A stretch of DNA of 64,000 bases. Origin: the human T2T-CHM13v2.0 reference genome, Homo sapiens. The stretch is taken from the NCBI RefSeq assembly GCF_009914755.1, contig NC_060925.1. The stretch is one strand, 5' to 3'. Shown piece after piece: positions 1 through 17,725 of the stretch. Under the pieces are notes generated by a model that was not told where the DNA came from, ran no database searches, and saw only the letters and a list, made by a program, of their open reading frames with translations. Made by a program: the position numbers and the translations under genes. Positions within the stretch are counted from its first letter, which is position 1, and each line of letters begins with the position of its first letter.

Positions 1-649
1 AACAGCAAGTGATCAGTGCATTGACCTCATAACACACAGATAAGGCAGCAGACTCAACAGCTACTCTAAAATACACTCAGGGCACACAGGACACACAGAG
101 ACCCATACTATTGGCTTCAAAATGCTGTGTTCAAATTTTATTTACTATGATGTGGAGTGGTCCATTGAATACTGGCTCTTGAGACAACGCAACCTCCCAG
201 GGCTTTTGCAGACTTTAGACCCCTAGCTCTAAATACTTGGTATGGTTTCAATTTATTTTTCAAGGTGAATTTCTAGGTATAAAATATCTGCCAACATAAT
301 TCAGGACAACTGTGCAGAAACCAGATAGGCATCTCACTTTGGTTTGTAACCCTATAGGTTTGAAAGATACAGAAACCAGGGATCCCTGGTTAGTTTACTT
401 TTCAGTAAGACTGACTAGTTAACTAAGTGTGAGAAATTAGTAGGAACTAGGAACCAATACAAGAACTGCAAAGAGAACAGAGAACCATTTTTAAAAGGAC
501 ACATTGTATAATCAGTCAACAAAAAAAGGAACAATCAGCAGTTTCTGCTTTTTCTATATCTGGGACCTTTAACCTCTTGAGTCCTTGCTTCTGGAATCCT
601 CTCTAGATTTGGTCAGTCCATTATCAGCCCCTTCATCATATAGAGTTAC

Positions 650-701
650 CTAGGAGCCAGTGGCTTTTGCCTGTCTTCATTTTTCTTACCGTTGTGATTT
701 T
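650..701 (-). CDS. NBPF: NBPF-family coding exon 4 (52 bp, ENHNGKKNEDRQKPLAP-R), the short exon type that precedes an Olduvai/DUF1220 exon
   Basis: Minus strand reads tttgcag|AAAATCACAAC...GCTCCTAG|gtaact. It is 52 bp, phase-compatible with the 236-bp exon, and resembles the NBPF/PDE4DIP 52-bp exon (xxPLAxR). Confidence 0.8.
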
Positions 702-2149
702 CTGCAAACCAAAATTAGAAAGAGCTAGTCAGAAATTAGGCAAGTCCCATTTCACACATTGCACACATGGGGCCTATATGATCAGGGACATAACACTTTA
801 CATGTGTGTTCAGAATACTCTGTGAGATTTATTGCAGGAGGCCTCAGGTGGTGTCTTTAGAGAAGTGGCCTGGCAGGCTTGCCTGAGCCCACTGGACAGG
901 GTGTTCCTGATGTGGTGAATCATCACCATGACATCAGCTGCCTGAAGCAGAGCAAAAAGTTTAAAATGTCTTTTGTTCCCCAGCTCAAAGAATACTTGCC
1001 TGGCTGCCCTTTGGACTTCTCCAGTTGTAACCTTCCTTCCTGCCACAGGCTGTTTGCCAGACCATGACTGTTTGTCCCATAGCTACTCACACACAGAACC
1101 TGCTCCAGTCTCTGAGAGGACAAATAGCCCTGTCCTACCTCTACTCCAAAACCAGAGGACTGCCCAGGTACCTTCAAGTCTGTCCCTGTTGTGCTTCCTC
1201 AGATGTTCTTGGGGGTAATTCTTTTTTTTTTCTTCTCAGTTTGTTGGTGAGAATTGGGGGTGATTCTATGAAAAATATTCCGGTATAAATCAACTTTTCT
1301 AACACCAGCTTCTACTATATACAGAGCCTGAACTAACCCCAAAAGATTTGGACAGTCTATTGGGACCTGAAAATAAATAAATAAATAAATAACCCTGAAA
1401 GAGAAATACACTCATGAACATTAAGATACTACTTCAACTGATCTGTACAGCAGCCGTGGAATTATGATTTGACTCACTTTACAAATGAGGAAACAGAAAT
1501 TCAGGAGGGATCAATCACTTGCACAAAGTTAGTAAATACAGTGCTGAGACTAGAGCCTAGGTAATTCTGATTCTTAGTCCATGGATCTTTCTATTCTAAC
1601 AAGCTGCCTTCTGTCATACTGTTCTTTCTGACCACAAAGATGGAATGGAGACTTCTGCTTCTGGCCAAGTTGGAGTAATAGGGACTAGATTTGTCCTCCA
1701 CCTTAAACAACTAAGAAACTGGAAAAAGTATTTTAAACTCTAGCTTCAACATTGGATATAGTGCAGTACAGTACATTGATCCCTGAGAGAGAGAAAATAG
1801 AAGAGATGAGCCCTATGAGTGCTCCAGTTTGCTGCCTGAGTTTGTCAACTGCAGAGCAGGGAAGGAGGACCCAGGCAGAGCCTGGTAGTAAGTTTGAAGA
1901 AGTCAGGGTGGCTAGACATCACAGGACAGACTAGAGAATAGGTTGCTGCACAGAGAGAATGCCTTGGATATCTGTGTTCAATCTTCAGCTAAGTACTTAT
2001 TAGTACATGTATTTGAGGAAATTATGCAAAGCAGGGCAAAGAACTTCCCAAAAGGAATAATCTCTGTAGCTCACACAGAGCTTGCAACACTTGGTGTTTC
2101 CATCAGCTAGTGTGAAAATCCCTTTTAATAGAGGGAGCATTGGTTAGAA

Positions 2150-2501
2150 CAGGAGTCCCAAACCCCCAGCACTGGTCCATGGCCTGTTAGGAATGGGACC
2201 GCACAGCAGGAGGTGAGCAGCCAGCGAGAAAGCATTACCGCCTGAGCTCAGCCTCCTGTCAGATCAACGATGGCATTAGATTAGCATTGGAGCACAAACC
2301 CTATTGTGAACTGTACATGCCAGGGATCTAGGTTGCATGCTCCTTATGAGACTCTAACTAGTGCCTGATGATCTGAGGTGGAACAGTTTCATACTGAAAC
2401 CACCCAATTCCCAACCCCTACCACCCCACCCCCACCTTGTCTGTGGAAAAATTGTCTTTCATGCAACCAGTCCCTGGTGCCAAATCTGTGGGAGATCACT
2501 G
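2150..2501 (+). mobile_element. MER1B-like hAT DNA transposon
   Basis: CAGGxGTCCC terminus and ggtccatggcctgttaggaa...gcattaccgcctgagc body; paralog at 33885-34230. Confidence 0.75.
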
Positions 2502-2519
2502 GCTTAGAATCTTCAAAAG

Positions 2520-4200
2520 AGTATTGCCCCCAATGTAAACTATGGACTTTGTGTGATAATGACATGTCAATGTAAGTTCATCAACTGTAACAAATGTGCC
2601 ATTCTGGAGAGAGATGTTGATAGTCTAGGAGGCTATGCATGTGTGGAGGCAGGGGTTATATGGGAACTTTCTGTACTTCCTGCTCAATTTTGCTGTGAAT
2701 CTGAAACTACTCTAAAAAATAAGGTCTATTTTCTTAAAGGTCATTTTGCCTCCATAGTGGGAAAGAAAATAGCAGTTGACTAATAGCTGCTCTTATCCTG
2801 CCTAAAAAAAATTAAAAAGCCAGCTTGGAAAGATGAAAATTGTTTTTAAGTAACTTTATTGTATACCAAAACAAAGCTCAAAGAATTTTAACACAAAATG
2901 CAAAAAAATCCAGCACCCAATAAGTTACAATGCTCAATGTCTAACCCCAAATAAAATAATGTTAGGAATGCAGAGAAACAGAAAACTGTAATCCATGATA
3001 AGAAGGGGGAAAAAAATCAATCTACTTAAACTGACTTAGAAAAGACACATCAGGTGAGAATTAAAAAACAATAAAAAGGACACAGATGAGAGAATCTGTA
3101 GATAAGCACATTGAAACAAATATAACTGTATACCTTGTATTAAAGAAGCTAGGCCAGTGTGGTGGCTCATGCTTGTAATCCCAGCACTTTGCCAGGCCAA
3201 TGTGGGTCACATGAGGTCAGGAGTTTGAGATCGGCCTGGCCAATGTGGTGAAACCCCGTCTCTCTGAAAAATATGAAAATTAGCTGGGTGTGGAGGCATG
3301 TGCCTGTAATTCCAGCTACTCAGGAGGCTGAGGCACAGGAATCACTTGAACTCAGGAGGTGAAGGTTGCAGTGAGCCAAAATCTCACCACTGCACTTCAG
3401 CCTGGGCAACAGAGCGAGACTCTGTCTCAAAAAATAGAATAAAATAAAATAAAGAAGCTAGAGGAAAATATGAAATGATGAAGAGTTACATAGAAGACCT
3501 TAAAAAAAAGACATAAATTAAATTTAGATGAAAAATAAAGTCTGAGATGAAAATACACTGGATAGGATTAACAGCAGATTAGATGCTGCTGAAGAAAGAT
3601 TAATCAATTCCAAGACATGGAAATAGAAAGAAACGGAGAGAAAGAAAAGATACAACAAAAATGAACAGACCATTAGTCAGCTGTGGTAAAATTTCAAAGC
3701 AGCTAATACAAATATAACTGGAGTCTTTAAAGGAGAAGATAGAGAGAAAGAATAGAATATACATTATATATATTTGCCGTATATATGCGAAATATAATAT
3801 ATTGTATATGCCATAGGTAAGACTATATATGTCATTATTATTCAAATTTGATGAGAACTATAAACATGCAGATGCAAGAAACTAAATAAAGTAGAACAAT
3901 ATGTAAAAGAGAAAACTATACAAGGTCTTATCTTAATCAAACTGCTTCAAACCAGTGATAAATAGAAAATCTCAAAAGCATCCAGAGAAAAAAGACATAT
4001 TATGTACAGAGAAACAGAAATAAGAATTATGGCAGACTTCTTGTTGGAACAGTGTAAGCCAGAAGACAGCGGAATATCACTTTTCAAACACTTTTTTAAA
4101 ACAAAAACTGTCAACTAGAATCCTACATCCAGTGAAAACATCTTCCAGAAATGAAGGTGAGTTCTTATGCTCATCAAGATGAAGTAATCCACTATACTCT
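2520..4200 (+). mobile_element. Old L1 (L1M-type) fragments interrupted by an Alu (3152-3452)
   Basis: L1 3'-end-like segment 2520-2730 and A-rich ORF1-like sequence 3480-4160; the Alu has TSD taaagaagcta. Confidence 0.6.
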
Positions 4201-4233
4201 ACCTCTCTTACTGATTGAAACTAAGAACTCTCA

Positions 4234-6060
<1,827 letters not shown>

Positions 6061-6088
6061 CTAATTATTGTTTAAATATTTCTCATGG

Positions 6089-6467
6089 TGATATGGTTTG
6101 GCTCTGTGTCCCCACTCAAATCTCATGTTGGATTGTAATCCAACCAGGGACCTGCTGGATAGTGACTGGACCATGGTGGTGGATTTCCCCCTTGCTGTTC
6201 TCATGATAGTGAGTGAGTTCTCATGAGGTCTGGTCGTTTGAAAGTGTAGCACCTCCCTCTTTGCTCTCTCTCTCTCTCCTGCTCTGGCCATGTGAAGACC
6301 ATGCCTCCTTCCCCTTTGACTTCTGCAATGATTGTAAGTTTTCTGAGGCCTGCCCAGAAGCAGAAGCCTGTACAGCCCACAGAACCATGAGCCGATTAAA
6401 CCTCTTTTCTTTATAAATCACCAATCTCAGATATATGTTTATAGCAGTGTCAGAGTAGACTAATACA
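6089..6467 (+). mobile_element. MST-family MaLR solo LTR
   Basis: tgatatggtttggctctgtgtcccc...gactaataca termini. Confidence 0.8.
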
Positions 6468-7560
6468 CATGGGTTCCAATGTAGAGTGTGAGCTCTGTGA
6501 GTCTAAAGATAGTGCTACCTATTACCCAACTTACAGCACCCGGTAGTATGTACACATACAAGTAGTTATTCAGTTAATGTTTAGAACCATGTAATCCCAG
6601 AGCTAGACTGAACATTTACAGTCATCTAACCCATCTAATGCTTGAATTTTCTCCCCACCAGTCTTCTAAGTAGTTATCTGCAGGTCCTCTTTCAAACTCT
6701 ATTTCTTAGAGTTACTAGAAAGTGTCAGGGGAAGTAAAGACATACTGGGGAGAAATAGGGGCTCCAGACCTATCCCACCTTCAATCAAATATCTCTGCTT
6801 TGGTGAGTTTTAGAAATTTGAGCTTCTATGATTTCATTTCAACAAAGGATTAAAAGAAGTTTCGAATGCTACAATCTACCTTATGTCTGAAACCCTCTAA
6901 GGATAGTCAATGCTGGTCCTGAGCGAATTAATAATTCATTTTCCACACAACAGCTGCTCAATCATCTATCTACCCAATAGCCCTACCAGTTAATACTCCA
7001 CCTAGTATAATACTTTTTTAAAAAGTTTGGAGGAGAAACATTGTTATCATGAAAGGCACTTTGGAAAGTTTGAAAATATCTCTTATAGAAAATATTAATG
7101 ACAATCACCACATCTATAAATGGGAACAAATATAATAATTACAGAAAATAGTTGTTCAGAGTTTTATATGTGCTAGAGATGGTTCTAACTACTTGCAATT
7201 GTGCATTTAATCTTCATAACCCTCTGAGTAGATACTGTCAGTATTTGCATTTTATAAATGAGGTAGCCTAGGTTAATGACACGCAGAAAAGTGAAGTAAA
7301 TTTGACCAAGGACACACAAATAGAAGCCACATTGCTAGTATTCCAATGCAGGCAGCTGTCTCCATTTTACTAATATGCTATTTAATGGAAAACCCTAGAG
7401 ACCTAACTAGACCATAGCCTCATTGTGTCTTAGTCTAGTTCTGTGCCTGAGTCATACATTTCTGCCCTTCTCCTTGCACAAATTTGCTCTTTGTTCTACC
7501 AGCCTGAGCTGCCCTGCTTCAAACAGTATTTATGCACTTCCCACAGAGGTACCTCCTTAC

Positions 7561-7663
7561 CGGAGCCTTGCAGCTGACCTCGGCAATTCGGCCAGCTCCC
7601 TCTCCTGAAACTGCACCTCCTCCTCCAGCACAGATTCTATAAGGTCTTTGCACTCTTCACACT
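7561..7663 (-). CDS. NBPF: NBPF-family coding exon 2 (103 bp, K-CEECKDLIESVLEEEVQFQERELAELPRSAARL-R)
   Basis: Minus strand ttctcag|AGTGTGAAGAG...GGCTCCG|gtaagg. The 103-bp length and EECKDLI motif match the NBPF second coding exon. Confidence 0.88.
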
Positions 7664-7941
7664 CTGAGAAAAGACAGACATGCCTGCATCATGGAAGGCT
7701 GGCCATGTTGCTGTGGTCACTGCTTGCAGAGCAGGAGGCAGGGTCTATCTCAAGGATAAAAGTATCCCCAGTACGAGGCTTTACACTGGGATTTCCATAT
7801 CTTTATTCCTCAGTCTCTCAACTACTCCCTGTTTTAGAGATGAGGAAAGAAAAGCCCACAGGTTGATAAAATCACTTGACAAGATGATTCAACTGGAATG
7901 AGGCAGTCAGAATTCACATCCCCTGAGATCTGACGCCACAT

Positions 7942-7943
7942 CT

Positions 7944-7975
<32 letters not shown>

Positions 7976-8255
7976 TTTTGAGATGGAATCTCACTTTTTT
8001 GCCCAGGCTGGAGGGCAGTGGCACAATCTCGGCTCACTGCACCTCTGATTCCCAGGTTGTTCTCCTGCCTCAGCCTCCCAAGTAGCTGAGATTACAAGTG
8101 TGCCCCACCACACCCTGCTAGTTTTTGTATTTTCAGTAGAGACAGGGCTTCACCATGTTGGCCAGGCTGCTCTCAAACTCCTGACTGCAAATGATCCACC
8201 CACCTTGGCTTCCCAAAGTACTGGGATTGCAGTAAGTGAGCCAATGCACCCAGCC
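7942..8255 (-). mobile_element. Alu
   Basis: Poly-T followed by Alu reverse complement. Confidence 0.9.
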
Positions 8256-9915
8256 ATGACTTCAAATCTTAAGGCCAATTTACCAAGCCTTACAGCCTCT
8301 TAAGTAAAACATGAACATAAGGGCATGAAATAATGACTTCCTGTGTGTTTGGGAAGATACTAAGAATGGTAGGACTGATGGCCCTCCTGTGTCAGGAGTT
8401 TCAATAATCCCAAAATATTTCAAAGATTTAAACATTTATCTGTATACAGCTGTGTAAAACTGTATATAGAGGAGAAAGATCCAAATGATATATGCCCAAA
8501 AGCTAGTAGGTGGTGTTTTAAAGGGAAAACCAACACATAGTGTTTGTCACGGTACTGTTGCAGTAGGTTTTTAAGAATTATCATCATATGATCGTCACCA
8601 CCATCCAAAGAGGTAGTTCCTACTCTATTACCATTACAGATGAGAAAACTGAGGGACAGTGATGATAAGTTAGATTTGAACCCAGGAAATTTGGCCCTAG
8701 GGTATATGCTCTTTAATCACTGCACAATAATACCTTTATATTAGGGTCTTAGGTAATATCTTTCTTCTTCTCTAGCTTGAGAAATTTTTTTCCTACAATT
8801 ATAATGAGTGAAGGGTTTTTTTTTTAAACTAGTTTTTCCACACACCAAAGCTCATCTTTTCACTTCTTTAATAAGTGGGCTTTTGGCTTTACTTTTCTAT
8901 GACAGTAAGTTAGACAGCAACTTTTAGCCACCCCCACACAATGATGTATTTTAAAATAATTGTAGAAATTGGAAAACAAACTCAATTTCTATGTTAACCA
9001 GAATCCTCTTCTAATATCCCTGTTCCTCTCATGCCCTTGTTCCCACGTTTCCTTGTCATTACAGCTTCCCTTCCCTGACTATTAGTAACATGTTTGGGAT
9101 TTTACAGTGGATTTAAAAATGTGAGAGCTAACTGTGGAGAGGAAGGGGCCAGCCCCTAACCTGGCCTGGCCTTCTATTGAGAATGGCAGTCTGTTCCACT
9201 TGGCCTTGTTCTCATTTTGGCCATATGTCTCATAGCTCTGATCCTGGATGTCCACCTGCAGTTGCTTGCTGTCTGTAAAGTTGATACTCAGAGAGAGACA
9301 GAAAGGGTGTTACAAAGTCTCTGATTTTTCTGGAAATACCCTCAATCTAACCAGAGCATGAGGAATGGCTTATCTGAACTTATGTGGGAAGAGAATCTTG
9401 ATCCAGGTATCATAAAGATTTTTCTCCGTGTCTGCTATTGAAGTTTGCATCTCCACATATCTGTGACTCAGTTGAGAATAGGTAGTTTTAAGTTCCTTCA
9501 AGGCAGATAGGGTATACTATTACTTCTTTCATCCCTGATGCTGTTGGCACAGTGCTTTGCAAATGGGCGCTCTTAAAAAAGTTTAAATCGAATCCTGAGA
9601 TGTTTTAACCAACAGTGATGTTACATGTTTGTAGAATCTGATATTCATTGCTGAGAGGGGAAAGACAGTTTCAGGCCTAAACCAAGGTTTTAGTCTCTAT
9701 TCCTCACTACACTCGCCCTGCAAACTTTACACCTTTGTGCCTCAGTTTTTCTGTCCTTGGCAAATTGAGAGTAAAAGGCCCACTTCTACCTTTCTGGGAG
9801 TGTAGTTAGCATAAAATTAATTTTGATAGAGAATAAAGTCCGCAGTGTTTCATTTCACAGAGGAAAGATGGGCAATCATTTATCACTTTGGTGACCATGC
9901 CCCTTTGGGACCTAC

Positions 9916-10093
9916 TATATTTCTGCAGGTGATTGGTCAGGGAGTAGGCAGTAGCTTTGGATGTCAGGAATTTCTCTGTGAGGTCTTGGAAGTTCTGTTT
10001 GCACTTTTCCAGTTCAGAGCGCAAGTACTGATTGGTTTCCAGGATACTGATTTCTGCCCTTGGACCAAAACAAGTGGTGGCAGATACTGCCAT
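9916..10093 (-). CDS. NBPF: NBPF-family first coding exon (MAVSATTCFGPRAEISILETNQYLRSELEKCKQNFQDLTEKFLTSKATAYSLTNHLQKY); gene may be annotated as a pseudogene
   Basis: ORF 9806..10093 matches the NBPF4/6/7-type N-terminus. The donor TATA|gtagg at 9915 joins in frame to exon 2. Confidence 0.88.
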
Positions 10094-10921
10094 GCTGTAG
10101 CTTGTTGAGGAAGTAGAATCAGAACCCAGACAAATAATAAATTAAAAACAAATGCATGGATTATGGTAATGGTTGCACTACTTGGGTAAATTACTAAAAA
10201 TTATTCAACTGTACAATTATAATGGGTAAATTTTATAGTTTGTAAATTATACCTCAATAAAGTTTCTTTACATTAAACAAAGGATTTAAATGAGTCAAAA
10301 GAAAGCAGATCTGATTCATAACTTACTTTTGGGATAAATTTCATCAGCATCCCGCAACTCTGAGAATCCTTAGCCACAAAAACAAGACAAAGGTACCTAA
10401 GCTTAGACTCTAAGGTACTGTCTGTGGTTCAGGCTCTGATAGGAATGCCAGAGGTAAGACCCAGTGCCAGGTAATGGTCTGGAGTCACAATCAGAATTAG
10501 AAGGTGGGGGTGTCATGGAATGTTAGGATCTCTGCCTTCCAGGTGTCTAGGCCATGTGGAAACACAGGTCTCTTCTGAAGGTCACCACCAATGGAGACCA
10601 CTGCCTCAACAAGTCAATCTCAGTATTTGTATACCCTTGTGACAATACCACAGGCCTATCTCTTTCTAAAATTCAACCATATTTTCATTGTTTATTATTG
10701 CAAATGCATAGAAAACATCAAGGAATACATATTTCCCCAAGTTCTATCACTGTCTTAATTACTATCATGAAGTCATTTTCTTCCTAATGAAAAATTTAAC
10801 ACTTTTAGATAGTCTTGGCATTCTTCTTTGGTTCTCCAGATTTTCACATCATTTATATTATAAGAAAAAAATCCTGAATATTCCTCTCAGTGTGTGAATA
10901 ATTGATTTATATCGATTTAGA

Positions 10922-11847
10922 GGCCAGGTGCAGTGGTTCACACATGTAATCCCACCACTTTGGGAGACCAGGGTTGTTGGATCACTTGAGCTCAGGAGTT
11001 TGAGACCAACCTGGGCAGCACGACGAAACCCTGCCTCTACAAAAAAATTTAAAAAATTAGCCAGGCATAGGGCTAGGCACGGTGGCTCATGCCTGTAATT
11101 CCAGCACTTTGGGAGGCTGAGGCAGGCAGATCATGAGATCAGGAGATCGAGACCATCCTGGCTAACACGGTGAAACCTCGTCTCTACTAAAAATACAAAA
11201 AATTAGCCAGGTGTGGTGGCAGGTGCCTGTAGTCTCAGCTACTTGGGAGGCTGAGGCAGGATAATGGTGTGAACCCAGGAGGTGGAGCTTGCAGTGAGAC
11301 ATGATTGCTCACTGCAAGCTTGGGTCCAGGTGTGTTTTGCTGTAGTGAACCAAGATCATGCCACGGCACTCCATTCTGGATGACAAAGTGAGACCCTGTC
11401 TCAAAAAATAAAAACAAAATAAATAATAAAAGGATTTTGATCAATATCTTAATATACTTCTTGCTGCAAACCAATGTTATACTGACATCTTTTCCCCCAC
11501 TGGGGAAGCATGTTAGTTTTTTGTTTTTTTGCTTTTTTTTAATAGAAAGGGTCTAGCTCTGCTGCTCAACCTGGAGTGCAATGGCATGATCACAGCTCAC
11601 TGCAGCCTCAAACTCCGAGGCTTAAGTGATCCTCCTGCCTCAGCCTCCTGAATAGCTGGGACTGTAGGCACATGTCATCACACTCAGCTATTGTGTGCGT
11701 GTGTGTGTGTTTTTGTGTGTGTGTGTTTGTGTAGATGGGGTCTCACTATGTTGCCCAGGTGGGTCTCAAACTCCTGGGCCCAAGTTATTCTCACACTTTG
11801 GCCTCCCAAAGTATTGGAATTACAGGCATAAGCCACCACACCTGGCC
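10922..11847. mobile_element. Nested/composite Alus (10922-11430 +) and AluJ-like (11520-11847 -)
   Basis: Alu motifs; a second GGCxGGGCACGG start inside the first element. Confidence 0.85.
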
Positions 11848-12559
11848 CATGCTGGCTTTTCACTTAACTTGAGGACAAGCTTGATATTCATAACTCCTAA
11901 CCCCACTCTCCTCTTCTATGTGTGGTTTGCTTAGTGTTATAATCTCTGTATACATATTTTGTGCTTGTCACTTATGATTTTCATTCTAACTCCACATGCT
12001 TTCTTTCCAATTTGTCACAATTGCTGAAATAATTTATGTATATCTCTTTAAATACATGTAGTTGCCACCTAATTTGGAATGACTTATAAACTGTTACTAT
12101 TTTATGTGTTTGAAGCAGTTTTTATGGAACACTAATGATTTGCATTGGCCTGAGGATATATTCTCAGACAAAGCATGGTAAAAATCAAGTTAATGAGTCT
12201 GGTGGTTGGCGGTGATCAACAGTTTTCCTGTGCAATGGGGTTTAGTGGGATAGAAACTGAGGTTTTAAAGACAGGCATAGATAGGCAGAAGAGAAGTCAT
12301 CCCCTGATGTAACTCTTCACTTCCTATGTATCAATTCCTCCCTGGTTTTTTGAGACTGAGATAGGGAGACTCTTATGGAATATCTGTCCTTTCCCTTCAG
12401 CTGCCTGACTTTCCTGGGCTACTGGCCTACACATGTGTAATCATGGTCACCTCCACATTCATGACAAACAGAAGGAAGCAGGACCAACAAACTGCATACC
12501 CTACATGCTAACCTGAAACTATAGTGTGTGATAGTATTAGTTTATGAGATATATCAGAA

Positions 12560-12990
12560 GTTATATGATTTTAGTCCTTTTAAATTTATTAAGATTTATT
12601 TTAAAAGCTAACATATGGTCTATTCTATAGAACATCCCGTGTGTACTTGAGAGGAAGTGTATTCTGTTTTTGTTGAGTGGAGTATTCTATAGATGTCTGG
12701 TAGGTTATGTTGTTTAAATCTTTTATTTCTTTATTGATCTTCTGTGTAGTTGCTGTATCCATTATTGAAAGTTGTGGTATTAAAGTCTCCATCTACTATT
12801 GTTAAATTGTCTATTTCTCCCTTCAATTCTGTCAGTTTTTGCTTCCTGTGTTTTGAGGCTCTATTAGATGCATGTGTATTTATAATTGTAATCTCTTCCT
12901 GATGGATTAACCCTTTTATCATTACAAAATAGCCCTCATTGTCTTCAGTAACTTTTTTTGTCTTAAAGTCTCTTGTTTATTTTGTCTGGT
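12560..12990 (-). mobile_element. L1 ORF2 endonuclease-region remnant
   Basis: ORF 12731..12922 MIKGLIHQEEITIINTHA...LKGEIDNLTIVDGDFNT matches the L1 APE-like endonuclease. Confidence 0.85.
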
Positions 12991-13001
12991 ATTAGGATAG
13001 T

Positions 13002-13500
13002 TGCTACTGAAACACCAGAGGTTTGATTTAAGTCTTGCTGTTCACTGCACAGAAAGCCAATCACTGAGCCAACTAGCATTGCTAGGAAAGAAGGCTTTCA
13101 TCAGGTACTACAACTTAGGAGATGGGAGATCAGTCTCAAATCCATCTTCCTGACCAATGAAAATTCAGGGTTTAGATAGCAGGGAAGAAATGGAACTACA
13201 TGCAGGAAAACAGGAATTAGGGAGAGGTAAGAAAGAGGAATTGGTCAACAGGAAGCAGGTGGTCACTTAGGCAATTTTGATGGGATAAGGGGTCTGATAT
13301 TTCATTGTCCAGATGTGGTACTCTGGTAAATTTCAGTTCTTTGATACTATCTGGAGGGCCCAACGCTTGGTTTCCTGAGAAAGGAACTCAGATAATGCAA
13401 ATGTAACTTTCTCAAATTTCAAGACTGAAAGGGTCAATTTCTATGTTTATTCAAAAGAAACCGTAAACATCAGTTCTATGGGACAATTGGGTTGGTTTAA
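13002..13500 (-). mobile_element. ERV1 LTR (MER31/MER67-like)
   Basis: Reverse-complement similarity to the LTR at 41680-42085; subfamily by recognition only. Confidence 0.55.
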
Positions 13501-14649
13501 AAGTCACTTCAGCTTTCTTATGGTTGCTAATTACATAATTATATTACATTGAATGGCAAAGGGATTTTGCAGATACAATTAACCTTAAAATGGGGAGATT
13601 ATAAAGGTTGACTAATCTAATAACATGGGCCTTTAAAGTCTGGATCTAGAGGTCAGAGGTCAGCAAACTAGGAAGTCAGAGAGATCCAAAACGCGTTAGT
13701 GATTCAATGAGGAAGAAACTCTTCATTGCTGACTTTGAAGATGGTGAGAGTCACAAATAAATAAAGTCCTCAGTCCAACAACTTCATAATTAGTGCTACC
13801 TGCAAATATGGGCTAACAATATTTTTAAATGCATTTACAATATGTGGTGAACAGATTCACATTGTCTCTGCCTACTCTTCTCTTTTGCTTTGTCCCTGCA
13901 TGCTATTATGTCTGTCTAGATGGGGGGACACAAACATCAGGGCTTTGTGCAGCCTTCTCTCCTTTCCTGGAATGCTATGGCTCTCTAGAGCCAGATAGCA
14001 CTGCTGAAGGTGGCTGAGTACAGGCAACTGATGGTGTTAGAAGCCACAGGCCCTTGATTAATCCAGGCTCTAATCATCACCCACCTCATAGTCCTAAGAG
14101 TCCTCCTTATAGCTTCCTATCAGATTTATACAGATTATTACCCACAAACCTTGCTCTTCCTTGGACCCCTAAGGCCAGGGCTTCTAATATCTTCATCATT
14201 TTTGAGGTATCTAATAACTCTTCTTTCTGGAGTTTCAGTTACTTCATCCCCACTGCCGAGTGAAAAGTTACCAGATGACCAGCACAAAGTCTCATATGCA
14301 AATCAGGGCTAAACAGCGACTGGATGATATTTTGTCTAGATCAGCCATGGGTATTGTCAAATGTGACAAGAATATTATTTCTAAAAGTTCCACACTACAG
14401 AAACACACTAGAACTTACTTCCCACATTAAAAGACAACCTGGAGGAGTGGCTATTACATCTCAGGCCAAGCATTAATCTTTCCAGGATTACAACTTGGCT
14501 CCCAAAGTTGCCAAGCTATTGCTTAGACAAATTATTTAATCTCTGTTATACCAAAATTATTTCCAGGCCCCCACAATTTGCACCTGGCTGCTATACCTCT
14601 ATGAAGACTAGAATTACCTATGAGTAAGAGTCCAAAATAAGCTTTCTAA

Positions 14650-15510
14650 ATCAATTCAGACCTGTCTCACATACTTTTTGGTTTACAATTGATAACCATG
14701 AAGGAATTCTGAGTGGAGGTGCCCTGACCTTTGACAAATCTCCTATCTGTACTTGGTACCAGCTTGAGCTATTTTTATTGCTCAAACCAATAGGACAATT
14801 TGCTGAGGCCTCAGAGATCCACCCCCTCCAGAGAATCCCTGATTTCCCAAAATTTGATTGAGATCTAAGCTTTATTTTGCTGTACAACTCATTTTCTGGA
14901 GTTTTACTTGCTTCCAACAATGAAGGCAACTTTTCCTGCTTCCATGATGATGGAGAGCAGGCAATTCCTTTCTGGGGTTTCAGTTCACTTCTAACAGGGA
15001 AGGAGGGAAGGAGAGTTTGAGTTTTTTCCTGCTTCTAAGATGGTACAGAGCAGTCTTCAGCCTGGGCCCCATTCCTAGGTAAGTAACTGAACCTGTGTTT
15101 TGTCTTGGAAATTCTCCTAAATGATTAAAGTTATGATTAACAACCAGGCTGAGGCAAGAGAATGGCGTGAACCCGGGAGGTGGAGTTTGCTGTGAGCCGA
15201 GATCGCGCCACTGCACTCCAGCCTGGGCAACAGAGCGAGACTCTGTCTCAAAAAAAAATAAAAAATAAAAAAATAAAAAAGATTAACAACCAACTGATTA
15301 TAATTTCTTCTTACCGTTAGAGTGCTAGGCAATCATATAAATTGTGCGATCACTAATTTTCTGAACTGTTTTTTGTTTTCTGTTTGTGTTTTTATTGTTG
15401 TTTCCTTCTTTTCCCCATTGGGTTTGACCAGTTCTATCTGACTTGATCAAATCCAAAGGAAAGTTCCAAATTATGGGGACAAGACCTCTGAATTGGATAA
15501 ATCTCTGCAG
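14650..15510 (+). mobile_element. MER4-group LTR end plus internal leader, with a truncated Alu (15146-15280)
   Basis: gtctcacatactttttggtttaca LTR end followed by PBS-like attgataaccatgaagg. Confidence 0.55.
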
Positions 15511-15568
15511 AAAAAATAAATAAATAAATAATAAAAATTTAAAAAGAGGGAGAGCAGGGAAAGAAAAA

Positions 15569-15607
<39 letters not shown>

Positions 15608-15635
15608 GCAGCCATCACGAAAATAAAGGTTTTCA

Positions 15636-17725
<2,090 letters not shown>

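Noticed and set aside
810-1218. Overlapping ORFs inside the NBPF intron
   Set aside because: No NBPF or PDE4DIP similarity; the 236-bp and 52-bp exons already join in frame
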